DNA from: Pseudovirgaria hyperparasitica
Taxonomy: Eukaryota
DNA length: 64,000 bases
NCBI GenBank assembly: GCA_010093815.1
Contig: ML996566.1
Reading direction: 5' to 3' (one strand)
Made by a program: the position numbers and the translations under genes. Positions 37,701 to 48,769 of the stretch are shown one piece after another; positions within the stretch are counted from its first letter, which is position 1; every line of letters starts with the position of its first letter. Under the pieces are notes generated by a model that was not told where the DNA came from, did not search any database, and worked only from the letters and a program-made list of their open reading frames with translations.

Positions 37701-39381
37701 CAAACATCGAGTTCCTGTGCATGTGGGATGACATGCTTCTCTGTGAGTTGCCGAAAGCCGACATAGGCGAAGCAATTGATCGCGTGGACTGATGCCCTGA
37801 CATCCCACTTCCGTTTGGTCCAATCCGCTGACTGCCTGCTGAAGAAGAAGGCAAGGGTGGAGAGAACGGTAAAGGAGGGTACTGAGACGAACCTTGCCTC
37901 GACATCATTGTTGGTGACTGAGATTGTGAAACTTCTTCTGAACCTCCCAACGACACGCCTAATGCGGCCAGCTTCTGCTCAACAAGGAAGTCCTGGTATG
38001 CCTTCCAGTCGTTCTCATTAGGTATATGTACCTTGAAGGATTTAGTACTCATCTGCTGAGATTGATCGGTTGGATCAGGGAAAACATCGCGGTTTTGAGC
38101 ATGGCCAAGCGGCTGAAGGATGTCCGGGGTACCTCTCCAGTGCCCGAAACCTCGCGTATCGTAACCTTCATCCTCGAACTTGGCGAGTCTTGCCCTCACT
38201 TCAGCGTGCGACAGAGGCATAGGTGCATGTCCGGGCTTGCCTCTGTTTGAATCAATCGGGAAGTCCATAACCACACTTCGACCTTTCTTCGTTTTGATCA
38301 CTTTCCTTGGACGCTTGGGTGGTGGTGTCGGTGCCCGTTCCTCGACTTCCTGTACACGCTTGACCGGAGATGGTGAAATCGGAAGAGCTGTCTCAGTGGG
38401 TATCGGCGTAGAAGGCTTCTTTGATACCAGTCGAGTAGCGGCATCAGAGGCTTCGATTGGCGACAATGATTGGTCTGCCGGAGAAGCTGTATTCGCAGCA
38501 TTTTCAACCGGCGAAGTCAAAGACTGTCGAGCCACAAGTTCCTTGGTTTCCTGAGAGCTCTCAGGCTCCGGCTCCTGTGGCTTCGACGCATACCTTGAGG
38601 CCATCATCTTGGCGAGATGTTCCTTCTCTTCCAGACCAAAGTGAGACCAGAAATCTTCTTGCTTTAGAGTCAAGTTCTTCTTGTGTCCCTTCCTCGCCTC
38701 TGTAGGTTCAAGCGATGATTGTCCAGTGGTTTCCGATTCAACGGGCTCTTTCGACTGAGCGTCGACGAATTTGCGAAGTAGCTCCTGTCTTGAGGCTTCT
38801 GGACTTTGCGACAGCAAATCCCTGAAGGCTTGCCTCAGGACTGGTCGCGGTGTGGCTTCTTGTGCGGCAAGCAAAGACGCAAAATGTTCCGCAGTCGGCG
38901 TTGCTTGTAGAGCCGGGACAAGAGCTGGCAGGAGATAATCAAGCCCAAAATCGGGGGTCTCTTCGTCTGCTACTCGAGAAGGAAGTAGATGGTCAAGACC
39001 AAATTCGATCTCTGACGATTCGCTACCTAGATCGTCACTTCCAAAATGCTCTGGATCTTGAATTCTTTCACTGACTGTGCCTGGTGAAGGCTGTCTATAT
39101 GGAGACCCCCAACTTGTTGTGTAGTACGACCCAGGCTCTTTAGGTACCGACGGCGCAGAAGGAGTCCGTGGGATACCAGCGATTGATGGTAGCGATGGAA
39201 GAGGTGGGAGCTCGGGACTTGAGTGACCTAGGGTGTTTGCGGGAGACGACCACTGATCCCGCGAAGGTGAGAGATCGTTCGAATGATCGAAGGGTTGCAG
39301 GTCTTCAACAGTCTGTCCGGGAGCAGACGGAGGAGAAGACGGCAGGGTATCTTGAGGTGTCGATGGTCGTGAAGCTTGCAT
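31723..39381 (-). CDS. Very large (2552 aa) protein: disordered N-half plus long C-terminal coiled coil, no myosin motor
   Basis: 7.6-kb uninterrupted ORF; E/K/R/Q-rich heptad region in the C-terminal third; structured-looking blocks FEDEGYDTRGF and LKERDTEIGWLRELLGVRVDDISELI. Confidence 0.9.
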   Translation of the reverse strand: MQASRPSTPQDTLPSSPPSAPGQTVEDLQPFDHSNDLSPSRDQWSSPANTLGHSSPELPPLPSLPSIAGIPRTPSAPSVPKEPGSYYTTSWGSPYRQPSPGTVSERIQDPEHFGSDDLGSESSEIEFGLDHLLPSRVADEETPDFGLDYLLPALVPALQATPTAEHFASLLAAQEATPRPVLRQAFRDLLSQSPEASRQELLRKFVDAQSKEPVESETTGQSSLEPTEARKGHKKNLTLKQEDFWSHFGLEEKEHLAKMMASRYASKPQEPEPESSQETKELVARQSLTSPVENAANTASPADQSLSPIEASDAATRLVSKKPSTPIPTETALPISPSPVKRVQEVEERAPTPPPKRPRKVIKTKKGRSVVMDFPIDSNRGKPGHAPMPLSHAEVRARLAKFEDEGYDTRGFGHWRGTPDILQPLGHAQNRDVFPDPTDQSQQMSTKSFKVHIPNENDWKAYQDFLVEQKLAALGVSLGGSEEVSQSQSPTMMSRQGSSQYPPLPFSPPLPSSSAGSQRIGPNGSGMSGHQSTRSIASPMSAFGNSQRSMSSHMHRNSMFAMPSSFAPQATPPGGFRTFSPHESYFGSQATTRGGSPGISQNNSMPSLNDTMSPVSPFGFTPQTYSFPQKDDLLAQLHQQRMQSPGLTNLRPSSTLQEVPEEEAEEEHDVPHQVKGAETEMAVPKPRHQHNISENLQRDVESADYHLEATFEKDVASGGQFSPGSRFGAESPKISHQSELDDSISEWRRPRPVEQVLHQPQPHNRNHSLTQTKQNSYNTAAANGRSDISDDAKTNISEITNPSAEEKAVGARMHSATTSQGSNIWKPGHGSRASKASIGSSLNASAKEFKFNPTASFQPGNFSFNSLGFEYQPSGGHKKNSFSRSVPYGSAAPFSFNPAASSWNVAAPSFTPGASLNSNPAPSGDFNFASSGPAFKPDSTSFRPNVDAAIMPEEPAEAEEKEVQSHIFGPINFSHKDIIKPAKRSKAVPIIRPDAVPRRASGARSGSDDDEIEEEDQEDADGRVTQSDARQKRARRFGDDGDTLPKFAPQPVLASQPLSETTQFQASKQEPQVERSPIPDAKENLAPTKPVVKEALPAPRAHAPADIVGINRSSDATPVGSSFLDDSRSMTEHDGSISASVEKLPERPPSNHAANKSSLSAIAKEFTPRIGSGSGAFEFGLHVTKPSDVTDIEHNSSAPNRQVSRSPTTTFRPSDDGSYRTALSRRPMPHADNDSVDFDSFAQPSFNDIDEVMKHMNDAGSDFGVEKEEAQTWERSSQPQGSMDFGTPNLRPNFTNLRSDAPSPSPRRMQAPTGMRHGESELIQDPFSDSRAGLAYESPVHRLNTAEDAPVSDWDDMVSDEAGIDKLQSRARFFDHHVDGLIDSVLSTRLGPLEETMRLMQESVAAMSRRSARSTRRSYSTEPLGSDADDEDDDLDEQRFRNRSPLKDRKLEKIRSIVVEALASQQQQNDPRSATPTPSAPPLDLSEIYSALADVKVSLAEQRADQPKIVSTPPDLTAINEAIAELKTSLAEQQKQHQAEVLAAQPPAPDFSEVHQAFAELKSSLAEQQRQQQEEQARIAAEVAARPVEPPAPAQVDLSDFYSALSDFKLSMAEKQSLEDTKPKSPQLPSVNTKELYDTINDLKASLSEQLQIRTAMPEVTEDKHDFSLSEVYQALAAMKVQLAHSASNHVSLEDFKDIMEEALRRQHTDVDQKNETFKALMHETLERHHESTGQHKEDLREIMNQAIARQEYVATQNKDEIREFIEEAFERQDTKEQKKSDNASILENEGRIADLEAMIKEASIKVDQEREARETAEKREEEAQRLLKLNDEEINIIRESLRDEESKTRALHEELHNTRSERSSRQVAEEELRRKFATLQDQNEALEATIDEYRLSSNKWRDEMTHSKSRNDELRAENEDLKIENDELKKTSDSVKLQLQEVVRVREGMRVKIEKLQYDMTQAAGSIAEEKSTWQKKDEEHRTRYEVLRARIEAEARTRERLERELERLETQEREGMRLRVKLEHTEQQLSKIEESSEKLRNERDEHERNAARYEREFREARHMGQTEVQRTRRLMEADLQAANNEINMLRSNADREKQRLQADFDNLKMDYDQTKARYEVQLEEALDARRNALNEAYNQREAAIDEVKERHERIYQEIRNQHARALENVREDSRREETHLKERLNLSNAKLEHLEDQAELLKSKAEHLESQLKVARDAANAAALTAASVKSPAAQQAPGGYAGVPEKVSPQALRESIVVLQEQLQERETRIESFERQLEEIDTEAPAKLKERDTEIGWLRELLGVRVDDISELINALGQPNVNREAVRDAAIRIRTNLQMEQQEKERLISGNGNSFPTLSTLSNLATPKAAQLAAAFGNWRKGGRDSRAGSTASIPQLKQPQLSNALNRSLTPSRPKPSPVPSHSQSILSGLMTPPASNVRRASPQPHPQTMPQQSRHQHPQHYPEQPSAFGSTGQRFTGLTSKQMGKQPAQSPSTPPLLRESSYDQDPMLRDEEISMNGFYDDEDSVIDGGAPEQELGGHEEEERGWEF

Positions 39382-40985
39382 TCAACATCTATTCTTGCAG
39401 CCGTCGGACCCTTGAAAGACGTCGCGAAACGCGCCTCTTTCGCGAATTAGTCAACGGCGGATTAAGTATGTATTCGAGACAGAATTGATGATGTCCAGAG
39501 CGAGATTAGAAACGCGTTTGGATTTTTTTTTCCTCGGCAGCCAGAGGGCAGGGTGTGGCAGGCTCGGTACGGATGACGCGCTAAGAATTATACAAGACAA
39601 AAGAAAGGCTTCGGGTTTGCAAGTGGCTGCAAAAGGAGGGACATCTAGTTGGCAATGGGAGCGTTGACACCAGTAAGCACCATAGCGGGTTGCTGAGGGC
39701 TATGAGGAAAGTCGTGATGGTAGAGGAGTTGGCGGTGGATGAGGAAGTTTGAAAGGAGTCGAGGTTGGTGTGGAAGAGCAAGGATGGATACGGACTAGCG
39801 TGGGCTGGTATGGAACCTTGTTGGAACTTGGAAGGATGGATGAGCTGGCCTGAACACTCAGGACTCAAGACTAATTAAGGACTACTCAAGAACAACATAT
39901 ACCATCGAAATCCGTCCACGTCAACACACATGATGCTGCCACATGTCGTCGTTCCTCGACTTTGGACAGACAGAGAGCTCGATGCCTTTTCCCCTGACCC
40001 TTACATAGTACCTACCGCTGTCACCCTCGGCCATGATCGTCGCGGCGAATGAACAGCACAGCATGGCACCTGGCAACGTCACTCGAGCATCAACACTCAC
40101 CATGCCCCAGCCCAGCCTTCCCCAGCTTGTCGACCGGAGCCGTACAAAGCATGCGGAGATGCGCTCAGCTTGGATGTCAGCGCCATCATTCGCCTGACGT
40201 ACGAACCTGCAAAGCCATGACGGTGCTGTGTCACTGATTTTCTGGGGTTCATATAAACGTATATCCAACGTTCGACCTCCCTTGTATGCTGGTATAGTGC
40301 GTATCTCATTCTCTTAGCCTCTAGTTACGGTACTACACTCGAGGTCAGAAACCAAAACCTTGCCAGAGTCGCCACTTGCCAGAAGTCTACACGAAGATCC
40401 AGCATGTACGTAGACAATGATAATTACTACAAAGAAGACCTTCGCAGCACTCAGTTACCCGTCTTAGCGCCCGCGGTGTTCCTAGCAGCCATAACGCTAT
40501 CCTAACACGCTGACACATCAAATCCATCGCTCAAAAAGATTGACATATCACGCATCACGTGACATGAAAAGTTCCTCTCACTTAGGATTCCGGGTAAAGC
40601 GGCACGGCGCCCTCTGACTGGACAGCACGTTTCTTGCCGTCATGCAATACTCTTGGTAGGCATATAGTTACCATATACTACGTCAAACAGAACTATCCCG
40701 CCCAATATGAATATGTACACACCCCAGTCTTACAACATCAACATCTCCCGCCCCCTATTCACAAGCAATCTCAAGATAAGACGAATAATACCGCATCGTA
40801 AATATCTCATAGATCTCCACCGTAGTTACCCAGATCAGATCGATCTCAGTGATTATATTTAGCCTCGGCTACGCCCGCACTATTATTATCAACACATCAG
40901 CGTCACCAACGTAATTAGAAGGAAAAGCCTTCGGAGACGCCACATACACTCACAGGTTGTATATATCAGCATTTTAACAGGCGTT

Positions 40986-42822
40986 ATGGCCAGGGACGTC
41001 GTTAACATTCAGCATAAACCGCGCGACCGCGGGGATGATGTTAGCAGTGCGAAGAGCTGGCCGGATAACACGTTCCTAGACTCTGCTTCCGAGAAAGACG
41101 AGACGGAGACGAGCACGATCACGCAGCAGTTGGAGGAGCCTGTTGTGATGCAAGCGGATCATACTTCTGCTACTGTTGCTGCTGCGCCCGTGGTAGTCGT
41201 TGACGATAAGCCTCCTAATGGCGGCTATGGATGGGCGTGTGTGGCGGCGTGTTTCTGGATCAATGCGCATACCTGGGGCATGAATAGTGTGCGTATATCT
41301 CTAATCATTGCTCGTTTTCTTCTTCTTCGTTTGGGTTGTCATTGGTGACAGTGATTGACGCCGGCGATGGCTATGTCGTACGGAACCACCGTGGGCGCAT
41401 TGATGGTGCTTCAGAAACAACGTACCACTACCGTCCACGTTCTCGTGCTCCCTCCCCCCGTTCTATACAAGATCTCATATCTAACGCCCAGCGCTCCAGG
41501 CCTACGCCGTCTTCCTCGCGCACTATCTCTCCACAAACACCTTCCCGGGCGCCACCCGCCTCGAATACGCCCTCATCGGCGGCCTCTCTATCAGTACCGC
41601 CCTCCTCATCTCGCCCATCGCCACGACCACCACTCGCCTCTTTGGCACGCGCACCACGCTCTTCATCGGCATCTTCTTCGAAACAGCCTCCTTCATCGGC
41701 GCCTCCTTCGTCACGCGCATCTGGCAGCTCTTCCTCAGCCAGGGCGTGTGTTTTGGCTGGGGCATGGGCTTCCAGTTCGTCGGCAGCGTGAGCGTGCCGC
41801 CGCAATGGTTCACCACGCGGCGCAGTCTCGCAAACGGCGTTGCCGCCGCGGGTAGTGGGCTAGGCGGGCTGACGTATAGTCTCGCAGCAAATGCGATGCT
41901 GCAGAGCATTGGTCTCGCGTGGGCGTTTCGGGTGCTTGGGATCGTGGCGTTTGTGGTCAACACGACATGTGCGCTTGTGATCCGCGATCGCAACAAGCAG
42001 GTTGGGAGTACGCAGTTGGCGTTTGATTATGCGCTGTTTCGGAAGTATGAGTACTGCGTGCTGCAGGTTTTTGGCGTGTTCAGTATGCTGGGATATGTGG
42101 TGTTGTTGTTTTCGCTGCCGAATTATGCGCAGCAGTCGTTGCACTTGACGTCGATGCAGGGCAGTATTGTGGGTGCGGTATTTCAGCTCGGGCAGGGACT
42201 GGGTAGGCCGCCTGTGGGTTACTTTTCTGATAACTTTGGGAGGATTAATATGGCGGGTACGATGTCCTTCCTGTGTGGGCTCTTTTGCCTGGTAGTATGG
42301 GTGTTCGCGAAGAGTTATGGAGTACTCCTGTTCTTTGCCCTCATTGGTGGAAGCGTCGCTGGAACTTATTGGGCGGTAAGTTGTCTGACACGATCCAGAC
42401 ATCATATTACCATTTGACTCATTGTGACAGGTAATCGCACCGGTCACAGCTGAAGTCGTAGGACTCAAGCACGTACCCAGTGCTTTGAATATCACGTGGC
42501 TGGTCTTAGTCCTGCCTACGACCTGTGAGTTCCGTATTTGTGGCTCTGCCGCCCAGTGGAGTTTGTGTCTAATAATTGTATAGTCTCGGAAGCAATTGGC
42601 CTGCAGATAGTGACCATGAATGGGGGCAAATATCTCGGTGCGCAGCTCTTTGCCGGTTTTATGTATATGGGTGCTGCATTATGCATGGTGTTGCTAAGAG
42701 CGTGGAAGATTGGGGACATACAGATATCCAAGAAAGTCAAGGCTGCCAAGGATGGAGAGATCGAGCACGTAGATGGAAAGGGGAACTTTCTACAAAGAGT
42801 AGTCAGCATGCAGCGAGTGTGA
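40986..42822 (+). CDS. MFS transporter, monocarboxylate-permease-like (Mch family)
   Basis: PPNGGYGWACV..FWINAHTWGMNS, QWFTTRRSLANGVAAAGSGLGG, GRPPVGYFSDNFGRIN; about 12 TM segments. Introns 41289-41499, ~42376-42430, ~42525-42583. Confidence 0.9.
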
Positions 42823-43028
42823 TTTTCGTCGAGATATGTTCAGGAGCGCATGTCGCATATAGTAGATTTCATTGGTATCTGTACAAAAGAAAAATGCTAG
42901 TCCGCACGTAGTGTTGGTATGGCATGCATTCGCCTCTGCTGGAGCTGAGGTGTCACATGCCCTGGCATCATCACCTAATCAAGAACGCCTTAGTACAAAT
43001 TGTAGCCTACTGTGACTGATACACCACT

Positions 43029-44429
43029 TCACCGCCAGGATGAAGCTGATTCACAATGCTCCATGAACCGATAAATGCCTTCAAACCCTTGGTATTCCAA
43101 AGGAGTATGCTTGTCGAAGGCATGATCGGAAATCATAGATTCACTCATGTCGCTCGCATATAGACTGTCGAATTCAGACGGTGACGACAGCCACGGATTT
43201 TCGCCCGCAATGTCTTCGAAGTCTTCACCTGTATCAGACTTTGTGGAATACTCGACAGCTGATTGCCGTTCAGGAGTAAGCATCGTCTGCCATTGCACCT
43301 TGTCTTGTGCATAGCCTCTGTGGTCGATTGGCTTCTCGTAGAACGAGCACTCGGACGCGGTACCATCGGGGGCGAAAGGGAAGAGAAGCGCTATGTCTGT
43401 ACCGACAAAGGCATCAAACTCCTCATCTTGCGTGATGATGCCGCGTGATATGCCCATTTCATCGCAAAGATTCAAAACAGTTTCCGCATCACATCCTGGG
43501 AAATGCACGCGCAACGACGTTCCTTGATAGCTTATAGGTAGGTCCCCAAGAGCGGACAGGCGATTCAGGTCATTGAGAACTGCAGAAAGCTCCTTGAGAC
43601 TTCTTGAGAAGTCAGTGGCCAAGACGTCTTTGAGACCGTCAGTGTTGAGGTTGTCCGGGCCATGGGCTGGTGCGAAACCAGCAATGGCGCTCAGGGGTGT
43701 CAGTGCAGTTATTGTAGGGTTGATTTTGAAGTCGATGAAGGAGCCAGGAGTAGCCTTGGGAAGTTTGTTGACCTTGCGGTTCACATTATCCTGTAGTGGT
43801 GTGATAGCTTTGTATCGCTTCTCACCGGTAATCGGATCAACGCCATTGAATTGTACCTTCTGCCCGGAGATCAAGAAAGCTCGTACAGCCTGAGACACAT
43901 TCTGTACAACCTGAGCTGGTGCCGTTGGCCCATGCGAGAAGTATCTTGCCGAACCACCACCGAAACCATATCCGCCTGCAGAACGGCCGAGTGTACCGCC
44001 GGTTAGATTGGGCCGCAGAGTTGTCGCAAAGGGAGCCCGACCACTGGATGCATTTACGGCCGATCCGATGCGGGACTTAGGAAAAGAGGCGCGATCGTAT
44101 CTCGAAACTGCTTTGGCTTGAGTGGTAAATCGTCGAACGAAAGAGCCTATAGCACTGTGCGTCGAGTACCACCTGCCTTTGCTTTGCTTGAGAGCAGCAA
44201 GTGGATGAACAGGGTGACGAGCAGCATTACGGACGACTATAGGTTGTAATTCGGTTTGTGCTGCGCGAGTAGAGGCTCCGAGATGTGTTTCGACGAGACG
44301 AGAGGCTTGCTTCCAGGCTGCCCTACATCTGGTCAATCTAGTTCAAGTCTGAGGTCGTTCGGATACGTACTTGACTATCTTGGCATTCCTGGCGAGCAGC
44401 GTGTGCAGATGCGCCACCGAGGGCGGCAT
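43029..44429 (-). CDS. Fungal protein of unknown function with basic N-terminus (possible mitochondrial presequence)
   Basis: Exon 1 MPPSVAHLHTLLARNAKIVK splices (GTACGT..TAG) in frame to the 435-aa ORF. Blocks APFATTLRPNLTGG, ARYFSH..AQVVQNVSQAVRAF, LRVHFPGCD, EYQGFEGIYRF. Confidence 0.8.
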
Positions 44430-45143
44430 AGTGTTGAGATACGCAGTCGAGGACTGGAGGGGAAAGGTGTTTTGATGATGCGAATGAACGGGAACGGCGA
44501 CTGTAGTTATCGATCGAGTGGCGAACGCGCCACGTGATTTGCATACGTCAAGTGAGGATGTGGCTAACGGGCCGCGCTATTCCTTTTTGAGAACGCGGGG
44601 AATTAGATAATAGGTGTAATTGAATGTACAGATGTGATTCCCAGTTAAGCATGATACACAATTCCTCGCCACTACGACCATGTCACATCACATAGGCCTT
44701 GGTGTCCAGTGTTAATGAGAGTATTACATATTAGCTGGCGCCAGAAGACCTTACACAGATCCGGTGCATGCGTCTTAGGCATAATACTAAGCACAACCTT
44801 GACTTTAGACTGTTGCGTGCACGAAGAAGGCAGTGAATCGATTGGCCTCCAGAATACAGAGATTTGAGATTATTTTTGTGTCCACGAAGGTCGGAATCTA
44901 TGTATCGTCAAAGCAGGACAACGCAAATGCAATAATTCTTGTCCCACAGATCATCCCAAGCAACGCCATAAGCCCACCCGACTTTTGAATCCGACAGGAT
45001 GATACATCGATCGAAGCATGCAAGGACGCCGTAAGGGGGAATTGAATGGGAACCCGACGTGCGCTAGAAGATGCCAAATCCAAGGTGCAACGCGAAGGAA
45101 CAACCCCGTAGGAACAAACGAAATCCATGATTCAACAGTCACT

Positions 45144-48100
45144 CTACGCCTCCAATGCAGCTTTTAGAGCAGAATCGATATAGTTGCTGATCCTTTTCCG
45201 ATTCTTCATGTTTAAAGCTCCATTTCGCCATGCTGAGCGCAGCTGTTTGAAAGCAATACGGTCACCTTCATGGGGTTCTGCGTTGATAAATTCAACATAG
45301 TGACGAGCAACACGTTGGCGAATGACGCTCCTAGGACTCATTAAAGCTTCGCCGTAGTAGTTGATCAGGTTCGTAATGCCGCTGTCAGATCTTCTTCTGT
45401 GAAGGTCTTCAAAGGCAAGAAATCGGAATTCGTTGTACATATGTGTATTGAAGTTGCGAATCAAAAAATGGGACCAGAATTGATACAAAACTTCCATGTC
45501 GTAGGGGCAAGATCTGAAGGGAGCAAGTCGCCGTTGTTCGAGTGCTTTTATTCGATGTTGTGTATAATATTCGCCAGTTGATTCAGGGGGAAGAGAGTCC
45601 ACGGGCTTGTCTTTGTCTTTGACCCAATATACTGTCAAAGGGCTGGTGACTTCTACTTTCTCGATAGGTTTCGTTGGAGTGAGGGTGCGGTGGAGGTTCA
45701 GCGATGGCCTCCGATCATCTCTGCAGGCTCAATGAGCATTGGCACTCGCATTCGCACGTGATCAAATGATCTGGCTTACCCGTGCGCCGCATTGACTCCG
45801 TTGACTTGGATGCCGTTGGGTCGGTGATCGGACTTATGTATGTCTTCGGACACGTTTTGAAGATCAATTGAGCCGTTCGAGAACGTTCGAGAAGAAGCTG
45901 TGTGGAAAGAGCCAGTAGCAGGAAGAGGCTGGGTCGAGATTGGCACGTCACGCACAATGATCTTCAGCCCCTCAATTTGTTCATCGGAGAATGAATCTGC
46001 CTCTGGATTCATCGCGGGCGGTATTGATGCAGTGTTGACTTGATCGTTCTGGCTAATGGCGGTGGACGGCGAGAAAGGCTCAGCATGTTGTGCATTCTCA
46101 GCTGTAACACGAGAGTGCTGTCCATTTACCATCGGTGTGTTGGAGATATCCTGTAATGACTGATAGGTCACCTCATTCTGGTGCCATCCCGGGCTTGATG
46201 GGCCTGTCGGCGACATTGTTGGTGGGTAGCGCATGCCGCCTATGTTTTCAAGGCCCTGGGGATGAGGCACAGGTGGATTATGAAGCTCGTCAGGACCATC
46301 ATTCTGAGCGGTGGAATCTCTCTCAGATGTACTCAAGACCCATTGCTCCCAGCCTTCGCGGCGTCGCAGCCTGTCTTTACCATCGACCCCAAGGCGGTAC
46401 TCGATTATCCGAGACTGGTAGCACACCAGCTTGATCATTTCCAGATCTGTGGTGAGCTGCTTGATTCTGTTGAAATCGGCGATGAACGTAAGGTAAACAA
46501 AGCCCTTTGAATCCATGTGCTTTCTCATGAACATATCCTTGCAGAGGTTCTCAACAGAGAAATAGTATTCACTGTGGATATTAGCGTCGAGGGTGTTGCA
46601 TCGGTAGTCGTGTACTTACAGTTGCATTTGAATCATGCTGACAAGCTGATAATTGTCCATCATTGGACTGTATGGCATTGCACTCATTGATTGCATGTAC
46701 GGCTGGTCATACATGCCCGGAATGAATGTCTGGATAGGTGATAGTTGTTGACTCTGAGGATAGCCGTTGGCAGAACGTCCATAGTTACTGTCCATCACCA
46801 TCGACTGTGGTCGGCCCCCACCACGCATCGACCTTCCTTGGGGCGGAGGCCCAAAATAAGATGTTCCCTCAGAGAAGGACGGCGAGCGAGGGTACGTATA
46901 CTGGCCTGGCTGCATTCCAGAGGTATGTCCATTCGTGAAGCCATGGGCTCCATGATGGTTGAAAGAGTTGGTTGCACCCCGTCCACCACGCATACTGCCA
47001 CGTCCTCTACCTTCGCCACGCTCCCTCCCAGACACGGAGCCAAATTGTCCGTTGCGTCGCTCACCTGAGCCATGCTTAGCCGGAGGGAATGAGGTCTCTA
47101 CTGCTGTAGACTGCTTTCTGTACGCAGCTTCCGGACGATCTGATGTTGAGGCACCGGCGTTTCGTGATTCTTGAGTCGCTGCGATGTCATTCATCGAAGA
47201 GGAGAGATCGTCTCGTCCCTTTTCGGCAGACGTGGATTCGAACTTGCGGGAAGCCCTCTGGCGGTTAGGCATGGCTTGTTTTGACCCTTGACCACTTTGG
47301 GTAGGTCCAGGAGATGGGAAACCTACACCCTCTGCGGCACTGTTCCGATATCCATTCGGAGCATCGGCAAACTTGAACGTACGGTCACTGCGCTCATTTG
47401 AGCCACTCGAGGTCTTCCCATCCTTGTAATGAGGACCGGCACTGGTGGCGCGGCGTGACTTCTCCGGGGTGATGTCTCGCGCGCTGGCTCCATCGCTTCT
47501 TTCTCGCTTGGTAGCATCGCCGTTGTATGGGGTCGGGCCACCTGTAGACTCTTTTTCAGGACTACCAGAGGTGTTGTTGTAGGCACCACCTCGTGACGAC
47601 GCTGTAGCGCCACCACGACTTCCACCGCGAGCACCTCCTCTTCTGTTTCCAGGATTGGGCAATGGTGTATTGAACACAACTGTGGGTGTATATGGCATGG
47701 ACACCCACTCATTCTTACCGTGTGTACGAGATGCCGTGGTGGTACGGTCTTTCACATCCTTTTCAGGCTTGCTGACAGCCTTCTTTTTGTCCTCATCCTG
47801 TGCGGTTTCAACAGTCGGCCAAGACTGTTCGTCTCTGGTTGGTGGTAAAGGAGCTGCGACATTCGAAGGATCTTCTTTGTGAGGTACTTTACTAGTTCGC
47901 GTATCTCGGCGTCCTTGCCCTGCTTTGTCGTCCACTTGAGTACGCGCATCAATGTTAGCATTTTGTCCTTTTTCTCTCCGGCCAGCGGATCTTAAATAAG
48001 TGCCTTCCGGCCCAGTTGGATGCTTACTCTTTCTTCTAGTCTCTGGCTTAATCGCATCATTGGTCTTCTCTGTCGAAGCTTTCATCGACGGTATGCTTGG

Positions 48101-48769
48101 TACGGCTGGGACACTGACCGGGCCCTTTTTAGGAGCCTGGGGAAGAGCAGAGGGCTTGGCAAACTCAGATGCACGCTGCTTCCAAATGTTGACTGTTGGA
48201 GGAGGTGCTTCATGCAAAGGCTTCTGCTGAGTCTTTTCCTTTGACTGGCCCTTCTTAGACTTCTCTTCTTGACTTGCACCTTGATCAGCAGACTTCTCTA
48301 CCGCTGCAGAGCCCTGGGACTTGTTCTCCCATGTTGACTCAGATGAGGCGTTGGCTAATGACGAAACATCATCGTCTTTCCCAAGAGTGGATGATGATGC
48401 AGTGCCACCGAATTCCGGTGATGCAGGACCCGAAATTTGACTCCGTTGCTGGATATTGGGCTGGGTTTGAGGAGCGACGCCATTGGCTTGCGGCTCTTTA
48501 CCAGAAGACTTTTCCAGTTCTTTCTGAACTCTTTTCAGTGAAGCTGCAGCGGTATCATCTTCCACATTATTCACGACTGGTGGGTTTGTTGGCAGAGTGT
48601 TACTGGACGGTGTGGCATCCTTTGCGGGTGTTATTGACCCAGACGATGCTTTGGCCGTAGGTGCTGCTGATGCTGATGTCGAAGAGATGCCTTTCGCGGC
48701 TTGTGCATATGAAAAGGAGCTCATAGTTCCAGTCGTGTCGCTGGATGAACGGTGGGAGGTAGTGGCCAT
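45144..48769 (-). CDS. La-motif RNA-binding protein (LARP1/Sro9/Slf1-like) with C-terminal DM15-like region
   Basis: After splicing: QLEYYFSVENLCKDMFMRKHMDSKGFVYL.FIADFNRIKQL (La motif); RGG boxes; PPPTVNIW and WPT motifs; C-terminal LYQFWSHFLIRNFNTHMYNEFR..A.ED. Introns near 46619-46572 and 45779-45721. Confidence 0.9.

Noticed and set aside
40815..40855. Minus-strand CTGAGA...CTGATCTGGGTAA resembling a TPP riboswitch core
   Set aside because: Spacing is too short, the P2/P4/P5 pairing and closing GCG motif are missing, and it is antisense to the adjacent MFS gene.
41289..41499. Unusually long intron as a possible snoRNA host
   Set aside because: No proper C box (RTGATGA) and D box (CTGA) pair, and no H/ACA structure seen.
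43029..44429. Casein kinase II beta label that I recall for similar fungal proteins
   Set aside because: No CK2-beta zinc-ribbon cysteine pattern is present, so it is left as unknown function.
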